From positions 2,272,001 through 2,336,000 of the forward strand of contig CAVOFT010000001.1 in assembly GCA_963695095.1 (NCBI GenBank): DNA of 64,000 nucleotides, written 5' to 3'. Below, in pieces: positions 38,560-49,277 of this stretch. This DNA is from an uncultured bacterium. GTDB taxonomy: Bacteria; Krumholzibacteriota; Krumholzibacteriia; JACNKJ01. The notes below the pieces were generated by a model that did not search any database, was not told the origin of the DNA, and saw only the letters and a program-made list of their open reading frames with translations. Every line of letters begins with the position of its first letter. The stretch's first letter is position 1. The translations under genes and the position numbers were made by a program.

Positions 38560-39374
38560 TTGCCGCCCGCACCCGCCGGCGGCGTGCAGCGCGGGCGCCG
38601 GCCGGCGGCCTTGGCCTGCTCGTAGAGCGGCAGGGCGTGAGGCAGGCGCGCCTCCAGCTCGGCGATGCGCGTGCCGTGCGAGGGGTGGGTGGACAGGAAC
38701 TCGATCGGCGCTCCGCCGCCTGCAGCGCTCATGTTTTGCCAGAGCTGGATGGCGGCGCGCGGATCGAAGCCGGCCTGGGCCATGGCATCCAGGCCGATCA
38801 GATCGGCCTCGCTTTCGTGGGCGCGACTGAAGGGCAGCAGCAGACCCACCTGGGTGCCGAGACCGAGCAGGCCCATCATCTGCTTGTGCTCGTTGCTGGT
38901 GGGATCGCCCACCATGACGTCGACCACGCCCAGGCCCAGCTCGGCCACCATGCCCTGCGAGACGCGCTCGTTGCCGTGGCGGGCGATGACATGGGCCACC
39001 TCGTGCCCGATCACCGCGGCGAGCTGGTCGGGCGTCGTCGCCACCTTGAGCAAGCCCGTATGGACGCCGATGCGCCCGCCGGGCAGGGCGAAGGCGTTGG
39101 CCGTGTCGTCCTTGAAGACGACCACCTCCCAGTCGGACACGCCGGTTTGATCCGCCGACACGGCGAGGACGGCCTCGGCCACGCAGCGCACGTAGGCGTT
39201 CACGGCCGGGTCCTTCTCCACGGGCACCTGCGTCTTCATGTCGGCGAAGGCCGACAGGCCCATGTCATTCATCTGGGCATCCGGCAGCAGCGTGAGCTGC
39301 CGCCGGCCCAGGGGCGAGGTCGAGCAGGCGAGGGCGGAACAGAGGGCGAGCATGGCGAGAACGCGCGTGCGCAT
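38556..39374 (-). CDS. M48-family metallopeptidase lipoprotein
   Basis: Lipobox ALAC, NAFALPGG, HEVAH, FSRAHESEAD, FLSTHP. Confidence 0.93.
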   Translation of the reverse strand: MRTRVLAMLALCSALACSTSPLGRRQLTLLPDAQMNDMGLSAFADMKTQVPVEKDPAVNAYVRCVAEAVLAVSADQTGVSDWEVVVFKDDTANAFALPGGRIGVHTGLLKVATTPDQLAAVIGHEVAHVIARHGNERVSQGMVAELGLGVVDVMVGDPTSNEHKQMMGLLGLGTQVGLLLPFSRAHESEADLIGLDAMAQAGFDPRAAIQLWQNMSAAGGGAPIEFLSTHPSHGTRIAELEARLPHALPLYEQAKAAGRRPRCTPPAGAGGK

Positions 39375-39385
39375 GGCACTACCTT

Positions 39386-39979
39386 TCACGAGACGGCGGC
39401 TGGGCCGCCGAGGGGATACGTCGCGCGGACGCGATAGGCGGGCCCGCGCGGACCGAGGATGCTCTCGACGAGCTGGAAGGTCTCCGCTCGCCAGCGGGGC
39501 GAGAGCGGCTTCAGCTCCGGAGCCGAGGCGCAGAGGGCCGCAGGCAGCGTCTCACCTTGCCGGCTGCGCGCCAAGCTGAGATGCGCCCGGAAGGGCCGCC
39601 TCTCGGCCGCGTAGCCCAAGTCGCGGCTCGCCTGCTCGCAGGCCGCCGCGAGGGCGGCCAGCGCCGGGCCGCCCTCGCTCAGGCCCAGCGCCAGCACGCG
39701 CGCCCCGCGGCCGCGCGGGAGCGTCGTCAGTTCGCCCAGGCGCAGCGCGAAGGGGGCGGCGGCGATGCCGGCGAAGCCGGCGACGAGAGCATCCAGGCGC
39801 GCGGCCTCCGTCTCGCCGAGGAAGCGCAGGGTGAGATGATAGAGGGAGGGATCCACCCACTTCAAGCGCGGACCCGCGCGGTGGCAGCTGGCGGCGACTG
39901 CCGCCGCCGCGGCGGTCGCGGCCGGATCGAGCGGCAGAGCGAGGAAGAGCCGCAGTGTGCCTGCCCTGCCCTGGCTCAT
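39386..39979 (-). CDS. thpR: RNA 2',3'-cyclic phosphodiesterase (2H family)
   Basis: RLFLAL, HLTLRFLG and HLSLAR 2H motifs; follows cinA. Confidence 0.9.
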   Translation of the reverse strand: MSQGRAGTLRLFLALPLDPAATAAAAAVAASCHRAGPRLKWVDPSLYHLTLRFLGETEAARLDALVAGFAGIAAAPFALRLGELTTLPRGRGARVLALGLSEGGPALAALAAACEQASRDLGYAAERRPFRAHLSLARSRQGETLPAALCASAPELKPLSPRWRAETFQLVESILGPRGPAYRVRATYPLGGPAAVS

Positions 39980-41217
39980 GCCGGATCGTCCGCGCCGTCC
40001 ACGAGGGCGCCCCAGAGCAGGTCCAGGGCCTGCTGCACGGCGTAGTGGCGGTTGTCCTCGCGTCCCCATCCGGCCAGCCGATGCCGATGGCGGATGCCCG
40101 CCTCCCCCGCCAAGGCGATGTGCAGGGTGCCCACCGGCTTGCCCGGGCGCGCGCCGCCGGGCCCCGCGATGCCCGTGATGGCCAGCGCCCAGTCGCTGCC
40201 CAGACGCGTCCGGGCGCCGGCGGCCATCGCGCAGGCTACCGCTTCGCTGACAGCGCCTTCGGAGGCGATCAGCGCTGCCGGCAGATCCAGCAGGGCCGTC
40301 TTCGCGCGATCGGCATAGCAGAGCACCCCGCCGAGGAAGACCGCGCTCGCGCCGGGCACCCGCGTCAGGCGGGCGCCGAGCAGGCCCCCCGTGCAGCTCT
40401 CGGCGACGGCCAGGGTTTGGCCCGCCGCTGCGAGCCGCGCGACGAGCAGCGCCTCGAGGCTCTCGTTCTGCCGCGAAACCAGGTGCGGGCCCAGCCGCGC
40501 GGCCAGGGCCGCGGGATCGGGACCGCCAGTGGCGGGCAGGCGCAAGCGCTGACCCTCCAGCGAGGGGTAGAAGCCCAGGGTGGCCACGCCGGGCAGTCCT
40601 TCCAGGCGGGCCGTCAGCTGATCCTCGCCGAGGCCGGTCAGGCGCCAGTGTTCGCCGGCGGCGCCGGTCGCCGGCGGCGGCAGCACGGACTCCACGATCG
40701 CGCGATACTCGGCCGGCACGCCGGGCAGCGCGAGCAGGAAGCCGGCTCCCCGCGGGCCGAGCAACCAGAATCCCGGCGCCGTGCCGCAGGGATTCGCCAG
40801 GGCGGCCATGCCGGCGGGCAGCAGCGCTTGCCGGTGGGTGTGCGCGGTGAACTGCCGCGCGAGCTGCGTCTCGCGGGCGCGGAGCATCGCCGCCGCGGCC
40901 GGGTCTTCGCTGAGCGCAACGGCCAGGCCCGCGGCGATCTCCTCGCGGCTGCGGTCGTCCGGCGTCGGGCCGAGGCCGCCGCCCACGACGAGGCAGCCGC
41001 CCTCCTCGCGCCAGCGGCGCACCGCGGCGGCCAGCTCGCCGGGGCGATCCCCGATCATGACGATCGTATCCGGCGTCCAGCCGAGGGTGCTCAGGTGCGC
41101 GGCCAGCCAGTGGCTGTTGCCGTCGGCGACCTCGCCGCGCAGCAGCTCGTCGCCCACCGCGATCACGCGCAGCGGTCGCGCCAGGGCGGCGAGCAGGGAG
41201 GGATTCAGGCCAGCCAT
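39976..41217 (-). CDS. cinA: CinA-family protein (MoCF-binding plus NMN deamidase domains)
   Basis: VGDELL.G...D.N, GGLGPTPDD, LPGVP.E, AESCTGG, GAVS, ITGIAGP.G..KPVG. Confidence 0.93.
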   Translation of the reverse strand: MAGLNPSLLAALARPLRVIAVGDELLRGEVADGNSHWLAAHLSTLGWTPDTIVMIGDRPGELAAAVRRWREEGGCLVVGGGLGPTPDDRSREEIAAGLAVALSEDPAAAAMLRARETQLARQFTAHTHRQALLPAGMAALANPCGTAPGFWLLGPRGAGFLLALPGVPAEYRAIVESVLPPPATGAAGEHWRLTGLGEDQLTARLEGLPGVATLGFYPSLEGQRLRLPATGGPDPAALAARLGPHLVSRQNESLEALLVARLAAAGQTLAVAESCTGGLLGARLTRVPGASAVFLGGVLCYADRAKTALLDLPAALIASEGAVSEAVACAMAAGARTRLGSDWALAITGIAGPGGARPGKPVGTLHIALAGEAGIRHRHRLAGWGREDNRHYAVQQALDLLWGALVDGADDPA

Positions 41218-41660
41218 GCCGCGACGAGCCGCAGGAGGACCAGGCTGTAGAGCCCGGCCAGGGCGTCGTCGGCGACGATGCCCCAGCCCGCGGGCAGACG
41301 CTCCAGCCGCCGGCCCGGCCAGATCTTGAGGATGTCGAAGAAGCGGAACAGAAAGAAGGCGGCGGTCAAGAGCCGCCAGGCGCCGGGTGCGGCGAGGTCG
41401 CAGCCCTGCAGCGCGATCAGGTAGCCCACCAGTTCGTCGAAGGTGCAGGCCGAGGGATCGCTGCCGAGGGCGCGCTCCATCCGGGTGGCCACCGGCACGG
41501 CGACGAGGAGCGAGGCCGCGAGCAGGACGGCGAGGGCCAGCGGCCCCGGCCCCCAGGCCCAGAAGAGGAGACCGAGTACCAGCGTGGTGAAGGTGGCCGG
41601 CGCCCAGGGAAAGAAGCCGGTCCAGGCCACGCTGCCGATGAAGAGAGTCGCGCGTTTCAT
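41205..41660 (-). CDS. pgpA: Phosphatidylglycerophosphatase A
   Basis: DPS...DE..G, FFLFRFFDI.K.WP, G.GIVADD.LAG. Confidence 0.92.
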   Translation of the reverse strand: MKRATLFIGSVAWTGFFPWAPATFTTLVLGLLFWAWGPGPLALAVLLAASLLVAVPVATRMERALGSDPSACTFDELVGYLIALQGCDLAAPGAWRLLTAAFFLFRFFDILKIWPGRRLERLPAGWGIVADDALAGLYSLVLLRLVAAWLA

Positions 41661-42259
41661 CCCAGCTCCACGCGGCCCTCGAAGGCCCGCTGCAAGGTGG
41701 CTTCGTCCATGTACTCGAGGCTGCCGCCCACGGGCAGGCCGCGGGCGAGACGCGTCAGGCGCAAGGGCCGGCCGCGCAGGCATTCGGCCAGGTAGAGCGA
41801 GGTCGTTTCGCCCTCGACACCGCCCGAGAGCGCAAGCACGAGCTCGCGGACGGCCTCCTGCTCGATCCGTGCGAGCAGCGCCTCGACGCTGAGATCCTCG
41901 GGGTGCACGCCGTCGAGCGGACTGATCACGCCGCCCAGCACGTGATAGCGCCCCCGGTAGACGCCGCTGCGCTCGAGGCTGATCACCTCCACGGGCTGCT
42001 CCACGACACAGAGCACCCCTTCCCGGCGGCCAGGATCCGCGCAGATCCGGCACAGCTGCCCCTCCGCATAGTAACCGCAGCGCGTGCAGAAGCCGACGCG
42101 GGCGCGCGTCTCGCTGAGCAGGCCGGCCAGCTCTTCGCTGTCGGGCGCGGGAGCGTGCAGGAGATGGAGGGCGATGCGCTGCGCGCTGCGCTCGCCAATG
42201 CCCGGCAGGCGGCTCAGGCGGCCGATCAGCCGGTCGAGGAGGGGACTGCCCGTGTCCAC
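41657..42259 (-). CDS. recR: Recombination protein RecR
   Basis: LPGIG..SAQR, C4 zinc finger, YHVLGG.ISP.DG, EGETT, LEY.DE.TL. Confidence 0.97.
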   Translation of the reverse strand: MDTGSPLLDRLIGRLSRLPGIGERSAQRIALHLLHAPAPDSEELAGLLSETRARVGFCTRCGYYAEGQLCRICADPGRREGVLCVVEQPVEVISLERSGVYRGRYHVLGGVISPLDGVHPEDLSVEALLARIEQEAVRELVLALSGGVEGETTSLYLAECLRGRPLRLTRLARGLPVGGSLEYMDEATLQRAFEGRVELG

Positions 42260-42270
42260 GGCCGCTCCTG

Positions 42271-42579
42271 CTAGAATCCGGGCAGGCCCAGCCCGCCCGT
42301 CAGGCCGCCCAGCTTCTCCTCGCCGGCCTCGCGCGCCGCCACCTGCGCCGCGCGGAAGGCGGCGGTGATCAGGTCCTCGAGCAGCTCGGCGTCAGCGTCT
42401 GCGAGCGCCGCCGGATCGATCTTGATGGCGAGCAGGTCCTGGGCGCCGTTCAGCGTCACCTTGACGACGCCGCCGCCGGCCTCGCCGGTGAAGGGCGTCT
42501 CGGCCAGCTCGCGCTGGGCCTCGGCCATGCGCGCTTGCATCTGCTGCGCCTGTTTCATGAGCTGGTTCATGTTCTTCAT
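42271..42579 (-). CDS. ybaB: YbaB/EbfC nucleoid-associated protein
   Basis: MKQAQQMQ, GEAGGG.V.V, LEDLITAA, GLGLPGF; between dnaX and recR. Confidence 0.94.
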   Translation of the reverse strand: MKNMNQLMKQAQQMQARMAEAQRELAETPFTGEAGGGVVKVTLNGAQDLLAIKIDPAALADADAELLEDLITAAFRAAQVAAREAGEEKLGGLTGGLGLPGF

Positions 42580-42619
42580 GGTGACCACCTTGGTCGAGAG
42601 GGCGACGGCTGCGGACTCC

Positions 42620-44299
<1,680 letters not shown>

Positions 44300-44338
44300 G
44301 GGGGCTCGTCCTCCTGCTTGCCGAGTCGGCCAAAGAAA

Positions 44339-44437
44339 GGGCCAGGCGGCTCCACGGCACATCCGAGGGCTTTCGTACCGCTGCTATCTTCCGATCCTGA
44401 CGGAGTTGGAAAATTCGGATTGCGTGGGACCTGGCCC
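44339..44437 (-). ncRNA. ffs: Small bacterial SRP RNA (4.5S)
   Basis: CCGTCAGG ATC GGAA GAT AGCAGCGG helix-8 motif with terminal GGGCCAGG/CCTGGCCC stem, followed by a U-rich tract; upstream of dnaX. Confidence 0.93.
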
Positions 44438-44461
44438 AAGAACATGCCATCACTGATTCGG

Positions 44462-44547
44462 CGGAGAGGCAGGGATTCGAACCCTGGGAGCCCAAAGGAC
44501 TCAACGGTTTTCGAGACCGTCCCGTTCAACCGCTCCGGCACCTCTCC
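44462..44547 (-). tRNA. tRNA-Ser(CGA)
   Basis: GGAGAGG/CCTCTCC acceptor, ACGGT-CT CGA AA-ACCGT, long variable arm, GGTTCGAATCC. Confidence 0.95.
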
Positions 44548-44553
44548 AGCAGG

Positions 44554-44638
44554 CGGAGAGTCTGGGATTCGAACCCAGGGTACCTTTCGGTACACACGAT
44601 TTCCAGTCGTGCCGATTCGACCGCTCTCGCAACTCTCC
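44554..44638 (-). tRNA. tRNA-Ser(GGA)
   Basis: GGAGAGT/ACTCTCC acceptor, CACGA-CT GGA AA-TCGTG, long variable arm, GGTTCGAATCC. Confidence 0.95.
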
Positions 44639-44644
44639 CCGCAC

Positions 44645-45106
44645 TCAGTCCCGGAGCTTCCGGAAAAAGCCACGCATCAGCTTGCCGGCCTCGTCGTCGA
44701 GGATGCCTCCCTGCACCTCGACGGTGTGGTTCCAGCTCGACACCGCGGGGACGTCGATGATGGAACCGCAGGCGCCGAACTTGGGATCCTTGGCCCCGAA
44801 GACAACTCGCTGGATGCGAGCCAGATGGATGGCTCCGATGCACATCGTGCAGGGTTCCAAGCTAGCATAGAGGGTGCATTCGTTCAAGCGCCAGCTTTTG
44901 AGGGTGCCGGCGGCGGCAGTGATGGCGAGCAGCTCGGCATGAGCCGTGGGGTCCTGCAGGGTCTCCACGGAGTTGTGCCCGCGCCCGACGACGATGCCCT
45001 GGTGCACGACCACCGCGCCCACAGGCACTTCCTCCTTGGCGAAGGCCGCCTGGGCTTCGTCGAGGGCCATCCACATGAAGTAGATGTCGGTCTCTAAGCG
45101 ATCCAT
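44645..45106 (-). CDS. tadA: tRNA adenosine(34) deaminase
   Basis: EVPVGAV, HAE, LEPCTMC, DPK.GACGS. Confidence 0.95.
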   Translation of the reverse strand: MDRLETDIYFMWMALDEAQAAFAKEEVPVGAVVVHQGIVVGRGHNSVETLQDPTAHAELLAITAAAGTLKSWRLNECTLYASLEPCTMCIGAIHLARIQRVVFGAKDPKFGACGSIIDVPAVSSWNHTVEVQGGILDDEAGKLMRGFFRKLRD

Positions 45107-45220
45107 GCTCACTCCCGGCCGGCGCCTCGCCCCCGGTGGCGGTCGGGGCGGGGCGAATTAGAGCGCAAGCGTCCCCACCGGGCAAGGCAATTTCCAGTCG
45201 CCGGGCCGCCGGGGGCGAGC

Positions 45221-45248
45221 AAGAAAAGGGCCCCGCGCGGGCGGGGCC
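45221..45248 (-). terminator. Intrinsic terminator
   Basis: GGCCCCGC-CCGC-GCGGGGCC stem-loop then CTTTTCTT on the minus strand. Confidence 0.75.
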
Positions 45249-45273
45249 TCGATTGCCGCAGCAGCACGGGCGC

Positions 45274-45723
45274 TCAGCGCGCCGCGAGTTGCCTGCCGAT
45301 ACCGCTCAGGCTGCGCAGGGGAATCTCGAGCCGCAGCGACTCGCCGTCGGAGTCGACCTGCACGAGCAACTGCCGGCGCGTCTTGCTCACGATCACGCGC
45401 TCGTCCGCCGACTCGACGCGGACGAACTCGCCTTCCGGACACCTGGCAAGCGCGTTGCAGGCCGCCTTCACGAGCGGGCGCCAGGCCAGCCCGGCGCTGT
45501 CGCAGCTTTCATCCGCGTCGGCGAGCGCGGCCTGGGGCAAGAGGAAGAGGCCGGCCTGGACGAACGCACCTGGAATGATGAGATGCAGAGGCTGGTGCTC
45601 GCTGCCGCTGATGTGCACGTGCAGCGCTCCCGCGCTGAAGAACCAGCCGACGGCGAGGCCGGTGATCAGAACCATCAGCCCAATGCCGCCTGCGAGGGCG
45701 ATGATGAAGGTCTTGCGGGACAT
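45274..45723 (-). CDS. Hypothetical membrane-anchored protein (paralog of downstream-numbered neighbour)
   Basis: N-terminal TM; GGAG SD; GEFVRVES...LLVQVDSDGESLRLEIPL. Confidence 0.7.
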   Translation of the reverse strand: MSRKTFIIALAGGIGLMVLITGLAVGWFFSAGALHVHISGSEHQPLHLIIPGAFVQAGLFLLPQAALADADESCDSAGLAWRPLVKAACNALARCPEGEFVRVESADERVIVSKTRRQLLVQVDSDGESLRLEIPLRSLSGIGRQLAAR

Positions 45724-45738
45724 GGCGGTCTCCTCGGG

Positions 45739-46287
45739 CTAGATGCCCTCCATGCTGGCGTCCACCCATACGCGCACCGTGGACTCGCCGTCATCGACGG
45801 TGACGAGCGCGCCCCCGCGCTTGCCCAGCTCCTCGAGCGCGGCCTTCACGTTCAAGGTCTCGCCATCGCCCTCGAGCATGGCGCGGACGACGGCGACGGG
45901 GATCGCCACCTTGACCGTCTCGCCATCATCGTCGACATCGACGAAGAGCGTGTCCTTCTCCTTGTGGACGCGGATCTGGGCGCCATCCGCCTCCTCGATG
46001 CGCACGAACTCGCCGTCGGCCGACTTCACCGCGGCGGCCAGCACCGCGGTCACCAGCTCGCGGTCGAACTCCTGCTCATCGATGACGAAGCGCCCATGGC
46101 GGTAGTGGTCGCTCTCGGCCGCGTCCAGGAAGGCCGCCACCAGCTCGATCGGCAGATTGACGGCTACCTTGTCCTCGCCGTCGAGGACACGAACGTGGAG
46201 CCAGTGCTCCGTCTCCGCCCCGCTCGCAGCGGCGCCCAGGCCGCTCAGACAGATCAGCGCCAGGGCGCTCAGCAAGACCTTGTGCAT
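45739..46287 (-). CDS. Hypothetical secreted acidic protein
   Basis: Signal peptide, GGAGGTG SD; repeated V.V.DG...V.V.[LI]P units. Confidence 0.75.
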   Translation of the reverse strand: MHKVLLSALALICLSGLGAAASGAETEHWLHVRVLDGEDKVAVNLPIELVAAFLDAAESDHYRHGRFVIDEQEFDRELVTAVLAAAVKSADGEFVRIEEADGAQIRVHKEKDTLFVDVDDDGETVKVAIPVAVVRAMLEGDGETLNVKAALEELGKRGGALVTVDDGESTVRVWVDASMEGI

Positions 46288-46333
46288 CGTCCACCTCCGG
46301 CTGTGCCGGCCCGCCTCGGGCCGACCGCGCCCC

Positions 46334-46359
46334 TACGGCCCCAGCCACCCGGGGTTACG
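46334..46359 (-). promoter_or_regulatory. Putative ECF-sigma promoter
   Basis: CGTAAC-N16-CGTA on the minus strand, between a terminator and the SD of the 46287 gene. Confidence 0.4.
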
Positions 46360-46370
46360 GCTCGGCCCGG

Positions 46371-46408
46371 AAAGGCCGCGGCCCCCGACCTCAGACGGGG
46401 GCCGCGGC
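46371..46408 (-). terminator. Intrinsic terminator after the M16 peptidase gene
   Basis: Perfect 13-bp stem GCCGCGGCCCCCG/CGGGGGCCGCGGC, 8-nt loop, short CTTT tail. Confidence 0.65.
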
Positions 46409-46433
46409 AGGATCCGGCCGAGCGGCAGGCCGC

Positions 46434-49163
46434 CTAGAGATCGGCGGCGCTGATCTCCACGACATCGGTCATGCCCAGCTCGGCGAGCTGCGGCAGCACG
46501 GCTGCGCGGTCGCCCACGATGACGATTTGCAGGGTCTCGGGGTCGAGCTGCTCCCGAGCGCTCCGATTCGCCGTGTCGCGATCGATGGCCTGCACCCGGG
46601 CCACGTAGTCGCTCCACTGGCTGAGCGGCAGCTCGTTCACGAGCAGGTCCGAGAGCTGCGCCGCGATTCCCTCCAGGGTCTCGAAGCGCGCCGGGTAGCC
46701 CTGGACGAGCCGGTTCCTGCACTCGCTGAACTCCTGCTCACCGATGGGCCGCTCCCCGCGGATCTCCCGGATTTCGCGCAGGATCTCGCTGAGCGCCGCC
46801 CCGGTGTACTGGGTGTGCACCGGAGCGCTGCAGCCGAAGGCGCCGGCGGCCTTGAAGCTCTGCAGGAAGCTGTAGCTGCCGTAGGTGTAGCCCTTGTCCT
46901 CGCGCAGGTTCATGTTGATGCGGGCGATGAAGCCGCCCCCCAAGGCCGAGTTCATCACTTCGAAGGGCAAATAGCCGGGATCGGAGCGCTTGGGACCGAG
47001 CTCCCCGACCAGGATCATGCTCTGCTGAGCGCCGGGCCGGTCCACGAGGCAGATGCGCGGACCGGTCGCCGAGTGCGGCGCGGGAATGGCCGCCGCCACC
47101 GGCGGACCCGCCTGCCAGCTGCGGAAGGCGCGGTTCAGCTGGGCGCTGGCCTCGGCCAGGGTGATGTCCCCCACCACGACGATGGCGGCGTTGTTCGGCC
47201 GGTAGTGCGCCGCGTGGAAGGCGCGCAGATCCTCGCGTCCGATGCGGGCGAGGGAGGCCGCCGTGCCCGTGCCCGTCATCGGCTGGGCGTAGGGATGGCC
47301 CTCGCCGAAGAGGCGCTTCTGCATGAGCTTCATCGCCGCCACGCGCGGCTGGCTGTTGTCCTGCTGGATCTGCCCGAGCAGTTGCTGACGCTGGCGCTCC
47401 AGCTCCTCGGCGGGGAAGCTCGCACCGAGCAGGATATCGCTCATCAGCGCGAGACCACCGGTCAGCTCGCGCTTAAGCACGTTGAGCGAGATGCGCGAGC
47501 CGTCGAAGAAGCTCTCGGTGTTGAGGCGGGCCCCGAGCCGGCGGGCCTCCTCGGCAATCGCCAGGGCGTCGCGGCCGGCGGTGCCCTCATCGAGCAGCGC
47601 CGCCGTGAGCGCGGCCGTGCCGGGACGGTCCGCGGGGTCCGCCGTCCAGCCGCTCTTGATGTTCAGGGTCACCTGCACCAGGGGCAGCTCGTGCTTCTCG
47701 ACCAGAAAGAGCTCGAGGCCGTTGGCCAGCGTGGCGCGCTGCAGCGCGGGCGGGCTGAAGCTGACCGGGGCGCCGGGGCCTGGCAACTCGCTGGCCGGGG
47801 CGCCGGCCAGCGCCGGCGCCGGCTTCTGGGCTGACACGACCTCGATCAGAGCCCGCTGCTGGGGACCAAGGTACTCGGCGGCATAGCGCTGCACCGCCGC
47901 CGGCGTCACCGCGAGATGGCGATCCAGATCCCACTGCAGGCGGCCAGGATCGCCGAGGAAGGTATTGTACTTGTTCAGCAGGTCCGCCTTGCCGCCCCAG
48001 GCGCCCACCCGCTGCAGGCTGCGCAGGAAGCGGCCCTCGAAACCGGTCTTGGCCAGCTGGAGCTCGTCCTTGCCGGGACCCTTGGCGCGCAGGGCCGCCA
48101 GCTCCTCGTCGATGACGGTCTCGAGCTGGGCGAGGCTGACGCCGGGGCGGGCGGTCGCCTCGATCATGAACAGGCCGCACAGCTCGCGGCCGTCGACGTA
48201 GGCTTCCACCTCCTGCGCGATCTGCAGCTCGTAGACGAGGCGCTTGTACAGGCGCGAGGTCTTGCCGGTGGCCAGCACGCTGCTGAGCAGCTCCAGCTCG
48301 GCGTCGCCCGGCTGGTAGTCGCCGGGAACGGGCCAGGCCATGATCAGCTTGTCCAGCTCCACGGCGTCCTCGGCGAGCAGGCGCCGCTCGCCATCCAGGC
48401 GGGGCACCCAGGACTCGAGACGATCCACTGCGGGACCGCTGGGGATGCCGGCGAAGTACTTCTCGATCATGGCCTTGGCCTGAGCGGGATCGAAGTCGCC
48501 GGCCACGGCCAGGGAGGCATTGTTGGGCGCGTAGTAGCGGCGGAAGAACTCGGAGACGTCCTCGAGCGAGGCCGCCGAGAGATCCTCCATGCTCCCGATC
48601 ACGGTCCAGGCGTAGGGGTGTCCCTCCGGGAAGATCAGGCCCGGCAACAGGTCCCAGGCCTTGGCGTAGGGCTGGTTGTCCCCCTGCCGCTTCTCGTTCT
48701 TCACGACGTCCTTCTGATTGGCCAGCTTCTCCGCGGTCATCGCGGGCAGCAGGTAGCCCATGCGATCGGCCTCGAGGAAGAGCGCCATCTCGAGCTGATC
48801 GCTGGGCACGTTCTCCCAGTAGTTGGTGCGGTCCTCGGTGGTCGAGCCGTTGACCTGAGCGCCCGCTTTCTCCAGGGGCAGGAAGTAGTCCTCGTCATAG
48901 TGCTGCGAGCCCTGGAACATCATGTGCTCGAACAGGTGCGCGAAGCCGGTGCGGCCCGGCTTTTCGTTCTTGGAGCCCACGTGGTACCAGACGTTCACGC
49001 CGACGATGGGCGTGCTGCGGTCGACATGGAGGATGACGTCCAGCCCGTTGGAGAGCTCGTAGCGCTCGAAGTCGAGCGCAGGCAGTTCGGCGGCCGCAGC
49101 GGGAACGGCGACGCCGGCCAGCGCCAGGGCGAAGCTCGCCGCCAGGAGCAAAGGAGTGCGCAT
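46434..49163 (-). CDS. Secreted M16 (insulinase/pitrilysin-like) zinc protease
   Basis: Signal peptide, YHVGSKNE, HLFEHMMF (HxxEH), second half with NLREDKGYTYG. Confidence 0.94.
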   Translation of the reverse strand: MRTPLLLAASFALALAGVAVPAAAAELPALDFERYELSNGLDVILHVDRSTPIVGVNVWYHVGSKNEKPGRTGFAHLFEHMMFQGSQHYDEDYFLPLEKAGAQVNGSTTEDRTNYWENVPSDQLEMALFLEADRMGYLLPAMTAEKLANQKDVVKNEKRQGDNQPYAKAWDLLPGLIFPEGHPYAWTVIGSMEDLSAASLEDVSEFFRRYYAPNNASLAVAGDFDPAQAKAMIEKYFAGIPSGPAVDRLESWVPRLDGERRLLAEDAVELDKLIMAWPVPGDYQPGDAELELLSSVLATGKTSRLYKRLVYELQIAQEVEAYVDGRELCGLFMIEATARPGVSLAQLETVIDEELAALRAKGPGKDELQLAKTGFEGRFLRSLQRVGAWGGKADLLNKYNTFLGDPGRLQWDLDRHLAVTPAAVQRYAAEYLGPQQRALIEVVSAQKPAPALAGAPASELPGPGAPVSFSPPALQRATLANGLELFLVEKHELPLVQVTLNIKSGWTADPADRPGTAALTAALLDEGTAGRDALAIAEEARRLGARLNTESFFDGSRISLNVLKRELTGGLALMSDILLGASFPAEELERQRQQLLGQIQQDNSQPRVAAMKLMQKRLFGEGHPYAQPMTGTGTAASLARIGREDLRAFHAAHYRPNNAAIVVVGDITLAEASAQLNRAFRSWQAGPPVAAAIPAPHSATGPRICLVDRPGAQQSMILVGELGPKRSDPGYLPFEVMNSALGGGFIARINMNLREDKGYTYGSYSFLQSFKAAGAFGCSAPVHTQYTGAALSEILREIREIRGERPIGEQEFSECRNRLVQGYPARFETLEGIAAQLSDLLVNELPLSQWSDYVARVQAIDRDTANRSAREQLDPETLQIVIVGDRAAVLPQLAELGMTDVVEISAADL

Positions 49164-49265
49164 GAGATGCCTCCGGTTCGAGGGAATGGCGTGAAGATGC
49201 ACCTGCGGCGCTGCCATGGCAAGGAGGCGCCGCGCTCCGGCCTGGGGTCACGGCCGGACTTGGGC

Positions 49266-49271
49266 TATACT
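49266..49271 (+). promoter_or_regulatory. -10 element implying a leaderless amrS transcript
   Basis: TATACT 6 nt before the ATG at 49278; no SD. Confidence 0.5.
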
Positions 49272-49277
49272 CTCCAC

